This document shows, one piece after another, positions 8,311 through 15,690 of a stretch of 32,000 nt of DNA. The notes under the pieces were generated by a model. The model ran no database searches. It was given only the letters and a program-made list of their open reading frames with translations, and was not told the origin of the DNA. The position numbers were made by a program, and so were the translations under genes. How positions within the stretch are numbered: position 1 is the first letter of the stretch; each line of letters begins with the position of its first letter. Origin of the DNA: Candidatus Brocadia sp. (GTDB lineage Bacteria > Planctomycetota > Brocadiia > Brocadiales > Brocadiaceae); NCBI GenBank assembly GCA_021650915.1, contig CP091279.1:3780001-3812000 (forward strand), in the 5' to 3' direction.

Positions 8311-8862
8311 ATGAGAATCTTTTCAATTTTTAGTTGGTTAATAATCGGTCTTTTCTTTGTAACAACTTCGGTTCCCGTAGAAGTCGTTCAAGCCCAAACG
8401 GATCCGTGCCCGGGAGGCTATTCCAATCAATTTCGTTTAAACGGGAAGGTGGAAAACCCTCGCAGGTTTAGTTTGACCGACTTGCAGCAGTACCCAACGC
8501 ATTCCCATCTTACCATCAGCTATTATTCCGGCAGCCAAGGCCTTGTCACCAAGACTTATATCGGCGTGCCTCTGATTGATTTGTTAAATGACGCTGTTAT
8601 CATCACTGACTCTACCCGCAAGAACGATATACTTAGAAAATATGTGGTAGTAAGAGCCACCGACTGTTACGAAGTCGTTATTTCGTTGGCCGAACTATTA
8701 TCCAATTTCGGCCACCAGCAGGTTCTTGTTGCCTTTGCAACTAGCGATGGGCAACCTCTCGACGACACAGAAGGAATGGCACGTCTGATTGTTCCCGGAG
8801 ATAAATCGGGTGGAAGGTGCGTAAGTAACATCACCATGATTCAGGTTCGTTCTGCTCCATAA
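8311..8862 (+). CDS. Small secreted protein resembling the molybdopterin-binding (SUOX-fold, Oxidored_molyb-like) domain
   Basis: Signal peptide ending VVQA|Q. The pattern FRLNGKVENPRRFSLTDLQQYP ... YIGVPLIDLL ... ATDCYEVVISLAEL ... LVAFATSDGQPL ... ARLIVPGDKSGGRCVSNITMIQV follows the SUOX-fold domain layout. I see no obvious Moco-ligand Cys motif. Confidence 0.45.
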   Translation: MRIFSIFSWLIIGLFFVTTSVPVEVVQAQTDPCPGGYSNQFRLNGKVENPRRFSLTDLQQYPTHSHLTISYYSGSQGLVTKTYIGVPLIDLLNDAVIITDSTRKNDILRKYVVVRATDCYEVVISLAELLSNFGHQQVLVAFATSDGQPLDDTEGMARLIVPGDKSGGRCVSNITMIQVRSAP

Positions 8863-8883
8863 CTTTTAGCTGCTATAGTAGTA

Positions 8884-9199
8884 TCGTATAAGATCTTTTT
8901 TTGCGAGTTTTGGCACCTCCCTTCGCCCACTTTTCTGAGAGGCGACTTGGTTGTGGCGGTGCCGCGCCATAGTATTACCGTATAAAATCTTTCTTTTTTT
9001 GCAAGTTTTCTCGCAACCCTATTTATCCCTTGTCAGAAGGCGCCATTTATTTATCAGAGAAAGATTGCTTCGCTTTGCTCGCAATGACAACGTGCCGTAT
9101 GTCGTCAAAGACATAGCCAGTGTCATTGCGAGGGTCTTGTCCGAAGCAATCTCCCGCTTTCACAACGGAGAATTGGTTGCGGCCTTGCCGCGCTATGCA
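8884..9199. repeat. Cluster of intergenic direct and inverted repeats
   Basis: Direct pair 8884..8917 / 8978..9018 (CGTATAArATCTTT..TTTGCrAGTTTT). Direct pair 8947..8972 / 9174..9199 (TTGGTTGyGGC..GCCGCGCyATr). Inverted pair AGATTGCTTCG..CTCGCAATGACA 9062..9089 / 9121..9152. Confidence 0.7.
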
Positions 9200-9622
9200 A
9201 TTAGGAAATAGAAAGGATGTTGGAGTAGTTCAACTTTAATACACAGACAAGACAGTTGTGAAGCAGGCACAAGCCTCCTCTGTAGTTATCGGTAAAAAAA
9301 AGACCCTCGGAATGTAACTTTCCGTAGAGGCTTTGATCCGCGGAATGGGTTTGAGGTGACCTGCAACTCGCGGAGCAATTGATCAAGTAGGACGTGATGA
9401 TGATACTTTTGTATTCCCTGGATACTAACAGTTCAGGGAAGTATATGATGGCCTGGACTGTGTGTTCAAACTGGTTCCTCAGTAAAGCAACATGAATTAT
9501 GTCTGGCCGTGAGGAAACTTATTTTGATCGCGGCGGGCGGGAGGAGATCGTCAGACGGAAAAGGCATTCTCTTCCCGCTTACCGTATGCATTTTGATACA
9601 GATTATTTGGTTGCATTCATAA

Positions 9623-9734
9623 CATCGTGAACTTAATCAGACAAAGGCTGACACGGGTCATTGCATAACTGAGACTACGGAGACAGAAAACAATGAAAAC
9701 AAGATTCAAATTACAATATCAAATGACATTTTAG
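9623..9734 (+). pseudogene. Relic of the 3' end of a porin paralogue directly upstream of modA
   Basis: Translates HRELNQTKADTGHCITETTETENNENKIQ..., compared with the 3' end of the 6644..8143 porin (HRQQIQADVGHFVTETTETDKNENRIRLQYQMIF*). There is a 1-nt indel near the end, a homologous TAG at 9732..9734 and no upstream body. Confidence 0.6.
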
Positions 9735-9742
9735 AGGAGGAC

Positions 9743-10555
9743 ATGATGCGCTTGATCATACCGGAAAAACGGATTACAAGATTTTTAGCGATAGTATGTG
9801 CAACCTGGCTACTCTTTTTATTCATGGCTTTTCATCATAGTGTCCGCGCAGATGAAAAAATCCTTATTGCCGCCGCCGCCAACCTGAATCCTACCATGGA
9901 CAAGATCTGCAAAGGATTCGAGAAGAGATACCCCACCATCGATGTGGATGTGTCGTACGGTTCTTCCGGTAATTTTTTTGCTCAGATCAAGCAGGGGGCA
10001 CCTTTCGATATTTTTTTCTCGGCCGATACAACCTATCCCGCACGCCTGGAAGAGGAAGGTTTGGCGATAAAAGGGAAGAGTAAAATTTATGCCTTTGGAA
10101 GCATTGTGCTCTGGATACCGAGGAAATCTGCGTTAAATCCCCGAAAGGGATTACAGGTTGTTTTGGATAAAGAAGTGAAAAAGCTGGCCATTGCAAACCA
10201 AAAACTTGCGCCCTACGGGATGGCGGCAGAGGAGGCGCTTCGGTACTATGGGTTGTGGGACAAGGTTCAGGACAAACTGGTCTTCGGGGAAAATATTTCC
10301 CAGACGGCACAATTTGTCCAGTCGGGCGCTGCCGACGTGGGAATTATCGCACTGTCTCAGGCAATTTCACCAAAAATGGAAAAAGACGGAGATTATTGGG
10401 TCGTCCCTGCAGAATCGTATAACAAGCTGGGACAGGCCTATGCTATCCCGCAAAGAGGCAAGGATAAGCCGGGTGTGAGGAAATTCCTGGAATTTGTGCA
10501 AGGGAAAAAAGGGGGAAAAATATTTTCTCAATACGGTTATTCACTTCCAAAATAG
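9743..10555 (+). CDS. modA: Molybdate ABC transporter periplasmic substrate-binding protein
   Basis: Signal peptide, then ILIAAAANL...VSYGSSGNFFAQIKQGAPFDIFFSAD...LAIANQKLAPYG, the classical ModA pattern. SD AGGAGG precedes the ATG. Confidence 0.9.
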   Translation: MMRLIIPEKRITRFLAIVCATWLLFLFMAFHHSVRADEKILIAAAANLNPTMDKICKGFEKRYPTIDVDVSYGSSGNFFAQIKQGAPFDIFFSADTTYPARLEEEGLAIKGKSKIYAFGSIVLWIPRKSALNPRKGLQVVLDKEVKKLAIANQKLAPYGMAAEEALRYYGLWDKVQDKLVFGENISQTAQFVQSGAADVGIIALSQAISPKMEKDGDYWVVPAESYNKLGQAYAIPQRGKDKPGVRKFLEFVQGKKGGKIFSQYGYSLPK

Positions 10556-10638
10556 ATCAACAATATTTACGTAGAGGTATGGTCAATTTACTTATGGAGG
10601 GGGAATAGTTTCCCCTGAGGATCCAGATATCTTAATTT

Positions 10639-10789
10639 GTAACACTTTAGTTTTTTGAAAAATTACAATAATAACAATGTTACCGCACGGTGTAAGGGCG
10701 AAGCATTTGCCATAAATTGATATAAATGTATTCACATCCCAAGCAGGCAAATGCTTCGCCCCTACTTTTTCAAAAAACTAAAGTGTTAC
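10639..10789. mobile_element. 151-bp MITE with perfect 24-bp terminal inverted repeats and an 8-bp target-site duplication
   Basis: TIR GTAACACTTTAGTTTTTTGAAAAA at 10639..10662 has its exact reverse complement at 10766..10789. It is flanked by CTTAATTT (10631..10638 and 10790..10797). No ORF. The interior has a 16-bp stem (10696..10711 / 10746..10761). Confidence 0.75.
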
Positions 10790-10849
10790 CTTAATTTTTA
10801 TCATGGAGATTGGTGATCTGGAACCGTCTCCGCAGGAAAGGAGAAAGAC

Positions 10850-11059
10850 ATGAAGATCAGCGCTCGTAATATTTTGAAAGGTAAGGTCAAAGAGGTGAAG
10901 CATGGTATGGTGGATACAGAAGTGGATATAGAGTTGCCGGGAGGGGGTGAAATTGTATCGGTCATTACCAAACATTCCGCAGAAACGATGAAACTGGCAA
11001 AAGGCAAAGAGGTTTATGCGGTTATCAAGGCCTCCAACGTGATGATTATGGTAGACTAA
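10850..11059 (+). CDS. mop: Molbindin (single Mop/TOBE domain molybdate-binding protein)
   Basis: 69 aa, MKISARNILKGKV...AVIKASNVMIMVD, collinear with clostridial Mop proteins. SD GGAAAGGAG precedes it. Confidence 0.85.
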   Translation: MKISARNILKGKVKEVKHGMVDTEVDIELPGGGEIVSVITKHSAETMKLAKGKEVYAVIKASNVMIMVD

Positions 11060-11098
11060 TCAGGAAGAAAACAGATACCATGCAGAGGGTAATAATAA

Positions 11099-11137
11099 TT
11101 CAAACACAGCCACAGTACTCCTGTGGCTGCGTTTGAA
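11099..11137 (+). terminator. 17-bp stem hairpin downstream of mop (terminator/attenuator or RNA-stabilising hairpin; no T-tract)
   Basis: TTCAAACACAGCCACAG-tactc-CTGTGGCTGCGTTTGAA, one mismatch, 40 nt after the mop stop. Confidence 0.35.
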
Positions 11138-11226
11138 ACCTCTCAGACATAGTAAGACTCTTACAATAAACAGGAATAATGCACAGCAATTCATTAGGCC
11201 TTCAGATACTTTGTTTGCAGCCAGAC

Positions 11227-11301
11227 GTAGGGGCGAAGCATGTGCTGTTCAAAGGTTATCATCTCATGGAAACATAACAACAGCACATGCTTCGCCCCTA
11301 C
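11227..11301. repeat. Hairpin repeat of the GGGGCGAAGCAT family (23-bp stem, 29-nt loop)
   Basis: GTAGGGGCGAAGCATGTGCTGTT at 11227..11249 pairs with AACAGCACATGCTTCGCCCCTAC at 11279..11301. The same core occurs inside the MITE at 10696..10761. Confidence 0.7.
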
Positions 11302-11428
11302 CATAAATATTAAAATTCCCATACATTAAATTATGTTAACTACTTGCATATTAATTGTTATCAGGTAAAATATCCGTGTCCGCAGGCGCATAGAGACCAC
11401 ATATCTTTTAAACTACAATATTAGTTTC

Positions 11429-12100
11429 ATGAATTTTACGGCTCCCTTCCTTTTAACCTTAAAGCTTTCTACCATTACAACGCTTTTATTATTTGTCTTG
11501 GGTATCCCTTTCGCCTACTGGCTTGCCTTTTCAAGGTTTCGCGGAAAATTCTTCGTTGAGTCTGTGGTAGCCTTACCCATTGTTCTTCCACCAACGGTCC
11601 TGGGCTTTTATCTCCTCATGGCTATTGGCGGAAATAGTTTTATCGGGCGCTGGTATGAAGGTATTTTCCATAAGACGCTCGCCTTTTCCTTTCAAGGACT
11701 TGTTGTTGGTTCATTCATCTACAATCTGCCCTTTGCAGTGCGGCCTTTTCAATTGGCTTTTGCCGGGGTGGATAAAAAATTGCTTGAGGCTTCATGGAGC
11801 CTGGGCAGGTCTAAATTATATACCTTCCTTTTCGTTATTTTCCCACTCTCCCTGCAAGGGGTGATTACTGGCTGTATACTCTCCTTTGCACACTGCGTGG
11901 GTGAATTTGGGGTGATACTTATGATCGGAGGAAACATACCGGGAGTTACCCGGGTTGCATCAGTAGCTGTCTATGACGAGGTGCAGGCGCTGAATTACGG
12001 AACTGCAAATATCTATGCGGCCATTCTGCTGGCATTTTCATTTGTAATACTTGCAATAGTTTACTTTATTAACAGGCGCTTTTTTATGCGCATGTTCTAA
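11429..12100 (+). CDS. modB: Molybdate ABC transporter permease
   Basis: 223 aa, 5-6 TM segments, with the EAA-loop LLEASWSLGRSKLYTFLFVIFP. It sits between mop and modC. Confidence 0.9.
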   Translation: MNFTAPFLLTLKLSTITTLLLFVLGIPFAYWLAFSRFRGKFFVESVVALPIVLPPTVLGFYLLMAIGGNSFIGRWYEGIFHKTLAFSFQGLVVGSFIYNLPFAVRPFQLAFAGVDKKLLEASWSLGRSKLYTFLFVIFPLSLQGVITGCILSFAHCVGEFGVILMIGGNIPGVTRVASVAVYDEVQALNYGTANIYAAILLAFSFVILAIVYFINRRFFMRMF

Positions 12101-12121
12101 TGGTAATGTGGAGGCCTTGCC

Positions 12122-13000
12122 TTGATAAAAGTCCGTATTAAAAAAAGATGGGGAGGGTTCGGGCTGGATGTAAACTTTGAGATTCCTCACGAAAAAGTAA
12201 CAGCCTTATTTGGCCCTTCAGGGTCGGGAAAGTCGAGTATATTGCGCCTGATTTCCGGTCTGGAAAGGGCTGACGGAGGGATGATCCATAAGGGAGAAGA
12301 AGTGTGGTATGATGAATCAAAGGCAATTAACATCCTCCCCCAGCAACGTTCCGTAGGGTTCGTATTCCAGGACTATGCCTTATTTCCTCACGTAACGGTG
12401 GAGAGAAACGTAGCGTATGGAATAAAAGAAAAAAAGAGGTTGAAAGAGGCAAAAGACCTTTTATCCCTGGTAGGATTGTCAGGATACGAACATTTCTATC
12501 CCGCCCAGTTGTCCGGGGGGCAAAAGCAAAGGGTTGCCCTGGTCCGTGCCCTGGCCAGAAGACCGGACATCCTGCTCCTGGATGAACCGCTTTCAGCGCT
12601 GGATTGGGAAACACGCAGGCAATTACAGGAGGATTTAAAACGGATCATCAAACAGCTTTGCATAACCACGCTCTACGTGACTCACGATGTGACGGAGGTG
12701 TACAAACTGGCTGATTATGTGATCGTGCTGGAGGCAGGGAAGGTAGTCAAGCAGGGGATACCGGAAGAGATATTTATGGGCAGGCGGCTCAGCACCCGTA
12801 TCCAGATCGCAGGGAAGGTGGTAGATATAGAATCAGATGCTATCATGGCTGCGGTTACCGTTCTGCACGAAGGTCAGTATTTTAAGACCCTTATCGATAC
12901 AGAAGAAGTGCGTCGTTTGAACCTGAGAATAGGGGATGATGTGGTGATTGGCGCCAAGTCTTCCGATGTCATCTTATGCAAGGTCTTCACGGAAACATGA
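12122..13000 (+). CDS. modC: Molybdate ABC transporter ATPase with C-terminal TOBE/Mop domain
   Basis: Walker A GPSGSGKSS, signature LSGGQKQRV, Walker B ILLLDEPLSALD and a C-terminal TOBE (IAGKVVDIE...GAKSSDVIL). TTG start with GGAGG 7 nt upstream. Confidence 0.9.
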   Translation: MIKVRIKKRWGGFGLDVNFEIPHEKVTALFGPSGSGKSSILRLISGLERADGGMIHKGEEVWYDESKAINILPQQRSVGFVFQDYALFPHVTVERNVAYGIKEKKRLKEAKDLLSLVGLSGYEHFYPAQLSGGQKQRVALVRALARRPDILLLDEPLSALDWETRRQLQEDLKRIIKQLCITTLYVTHDVTEVYKLADYVIVLEAGKVVKQGIPEEIFMGRRLSTRIQIAGKVVDIESDAIMAAVTVLHEGQYFKTLIDTEEVRRLNLRIGDDVVIGAKSSDVILCKVFTET

Positions 13001-13492
13001 GATGTATGAAATACTGTAGCGCTGCAGATAGCACGGTGTCTCGTTGAAGGCAAGAAAGCCGATTACCGCTTTACCGTAAAAGACAATCAACCCATCCTCA
13101 AACAAGGTATCGAAGACCTTTGTCTGGTCTCTTTTTCCGCCCCAGCATGAAACCATTAACAGGTGTTACGGACGCATTGAAATTAGCCAGATCTGGACCA
13201 GCGCCGATTTGAACCATTCCCTTATATTCCCTCTTGTTGGATGGTTCTTTTGTATCCACAGAAAATGTACCAACCTCAAATCCCGTCTTTCTCTTGCCTC
13301 GCCACACTCTTTTTTGTTTATCATGACTTTGATGTTACCCTGGGGTAATTTCAGGGTAACGTCAAAAACAAGATAAAAAGTAAAATGGGGAGACATGGGG
13401 GAGCAGGGTAAAGAAGAAAAAAATGGGTATGAAAGAAGATGAAATCCTCTGAGCAAAGTCTGCGGAAACATAAAAGTAATCCGATGCGGCAA
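12974..13492 (-). pseudogene. Possible decayed gene (three head-to-tail ORF fragments in three frames), unknown function
   Basis: ORFs 13492..13166, 13307..13098 and 13156..12974 overlap successively. The joined reading is ...VTLKLPQGNIKV...TGFEVGTFSVDTKEPSNKREYKGMVQIGAGPDLANFNASVTPVNGFMLG/GKRDQTKVFDTLFEDGLIVFYGKAVIGF... No RBS or family was recognised. Confidence 0.25.
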
Positions 13493-13600
13493 AGGTACCG
13501 TGTTTTCGAAGGGGTGTTGAATTTGTCTTTAATCAAGACGCCGTTTGTCTTCTTGCTACGAGAATGACAAAAGTTGGATTTACAAATATAAAAGATTTCA

Positions 13601-15319
13601 GTAACTATTCAGCGAAAATATTTTAGAATTTAGTTGACAGTCAACATGAGAAAAGGGGGCCGTAGAATTGGTTGGTAGAATAAATGGCTGTGGAGGATGC
13701 CACTGTAGCCCATCGGAGGTTTTTGCAAAGAGAGGTGTGGGGTATGTTCGGCCAGAGAATTACAGAGTTTTGTAGGGCGGTAGAGGGTGAAAAAAATGGG
13801 TGAAAAAGCCTGTGGTATAATAGCCGCAGGAGATGATTTCAGGCTATTAATACCGGTGCCATCCATTGACGATAGAGAATATAGATATAGATGCAACGCT
13901 GCGGAAAGTAGAAAAGCTGCTTTCAGAGGAAAAAGGTCTGTCACCTGCCATAAGGTCAATGATAGAGTTGTTGGTGTTAGTGATAACGCTGCTGGTAGGA
14001 CGTCTGAACCGGAACAGTCGCAACAGTAGTAAGCCGCCCGCAAGCGATCCGAATCGCACGAGAAAGAGCAGGGCGAAAGGAGAGAGGAAGGCAGGTGGGC
14101 AAGAGGGTCATGATGGAGTAACGCTGAAAAAGGTAGCCAATCCTGATAAGGTGGAAGTAATAAAAGTAGACCGGAGGAAGTATCCGAGCGGCAAATACAG
14201 GTTGATCGGTTATGAGTCGCGTCAGGTGTTTGATATGAAGATTTCAAGGGTGGTAACGGAGTATCGGGCAGAGATAGTTGAGGATGCGGAGGGAAGTAGG
14301 TTTGTAGCGTCATTTCCGGAAGGGGTGACAAAGGCAGTGCAGTATGGGCCGGATTTGAAAGCGCACGCAGTATATATGTCACAGTATCAATTGATACCCT
14401 ATAAGAGGATCCAGGAGTATTTTGAGGAGCAGATGGGGATACCGCTGAGCGAAGGCTCTCTTTACAACTTTAACAAGGATGCCTATGAATCTCTGGAAGC
14501 CTTCGAGGGGAAAACCAAGGAAGAACTTGTCAAATCAGAGGTATTGCAGGCAGATGAAACGAGCATCAACAAGAACGGAGACAGGTATTGGCTGCATAGT
14601 GCATCCAATAGTTTGTGGACACACTTTTTCCCTCACGAAAGACGTGGGACGGAAGCGATGGATAGTATCGGGATACTGCCCCAGTTTCGGGGGATTCTTT
14701 GTCACGACCATTTGAAGGCGTATTACACCTACACCCGCTGTACACATGCGCTCTGTAATGCACACCACCTGAGGGAATTGGAGGGGGTGTGGGAAGAGGA
14801 TAAGAAGCAACCGTGGGCGAAAGAGATGAAAGCCCTGCTCGAAGAGATAAACCGTGCGGTAAAGGATGCGGGGGGTTTGTTGGAAAACGGCGAGTCTGAG
14901 AAATACCGGCAAAGGTACCGGGGGATATTACAAAACGCAGAAGCTGAAAGCCCGCCCCCTGATGAAACGAACCGCAAGGGGAAAAGAGGGCGGGTAAAAA
15001 GGACAAAAGCACGGAATCTCCTGGAACGATTACGGGAGTATGAGGGTGATGTGCTCAGATTTATGGACAATAAAAACGTCCCCTTCACGAATAACCTGGC
15101 CGAAAACGATATCAGGATGACGAAGGTTCAGCAGAAGATATCGGGCTGTTTTCGTTCTCTGGACGGAGCGAAGATCTTCTGCCTCATCCGTAGTTATCTC
15201 TCGACTTGTCGAAAACAAGGGGTAAATTTAAGTCAGGCATTACGGATGGTATTTCGCGGCAAATTGCCTGATTTTGCCAGCTCGTAACGATAGGGGGCGA
15301 TATTACGCTGAATAGTTAC
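13601..15319 (+). mobile_element. Intact IS66-family insertion sequence (single-ORF type), 1719 bp
   Basis: IRL GTAACTATTCAGCG... at 13601 and IRR ...CGCTGAATAGTTAC ending at 15319 (14/14 match plus an imperfect extension). The 8-bp direct repeat AGATTTCA lies at 13593..13600 and 15320..15327. Confidence 0.85.
13866..15287 (+). CDS. IS66-family transposase
   Basis: LNRNSRNSSKPPASDP, LQADETSI, CNAHHLRELEGV and FTNNLAENDIRMTKVQQKISGCFRS are IS66 hallmarks. The apparent start is TTG. Confidence 0.9.
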   Translation: MTIENIDIDATLRKVEKLLSEEKGLSPAIRSMIELLVLVITLLVGRLNRNSRNSSKPPASDPNRTRKSRAKGERKAGGQEGHDGVTLKKVANPDKVEVIKVDRRKYPSGKYRLIGYESRQVFDMKISRVVTEYRAEIVEDAEGSRFVASFPEGVTKAVQYGPDLKAHAVYMSQYQLIPYKRIQEYFEEQMGIPLSEGSLYNFNKDAYESLEAFEGKTKEELVKSEVLQADETSINKNGDRYWLHSASNSLWTHFFPHERRGTEAMDSIGILPQFRGILCHDHLKAYYTYTRCTHALCNAHHLRELEGVWEEDKKQPWAKEMKALLEEINRAVKDAGGLLENGESEKYRQRYRGILQNAEAESPPPDETNRKGKRGRVKRTKARNLLERLREYEGDVLRFMDNKNVPFTNNLAENDIRMTKVQQKISGCFRSLDGAKIFCLIRSYLSTCRKQGVNLSQALRMVFRGKLPDFASS

Positions 15320-15690
15320 AGATTTCATGCTCTTGGAACAATTTGGGCAGACAAACCTACGGTACCGTGAGTCGTTTTGCGTATGAGTAGTGCCGAAACA
15401 GTAATAATGATGCTGCTGCGTAGAATAATGTCCTGATGCTTCGGAAACAGTTTGGTCCCGTTTTCACTGGTAAAAAATAGCCCCTGACCATCACCGTTTT
15501 TTTAAGGTACCGGTGAGTGTTGGCAAATAATTCCATAAAATTAATACCAGCAACGATGCCTTCAGAAGGACAGAATTCATTTATTCCTAATGATTAACAT
15601 TTTGTTTGCAATTGCCGATTATATGACGTACTTATGACTAGTTTATGACGAGCAAGCAATCATGTGTGAATCAAGAGACAGGAGAATGCT

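Noticed and set aside
8951-9211. 86-aa ORF (..RLLRFARNDNVPYVVKDIASVIARVLSEAIS..)
   Set aside because: It is read entirely through interleaved direct and inverted repeats and has no SD. The peptide is of the type generated by palindromic repeat elements, so it is treated as a repeat artefact.
10560-10850. Possible Moco riboswitch upstream of mop (CTCCGCAGGAAAGGAG) and the related CCGTGTCCGCAGG upstream of modB (~11373)
   Set aside because: Only short strings reminiscent of the P1/RBS part are present and they are directly adjacent, with no multi-stem body between them. The upstream sequence is accounted for by the MITE. An Infernal search with RF01055 would be needed to revive the idea.
13630-14382. 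250-aa minus-strand ORF
   Set aside because: It is antisense to the IS66 transposase, has P/S/L-rich low-complexity composition and shows no motifs.
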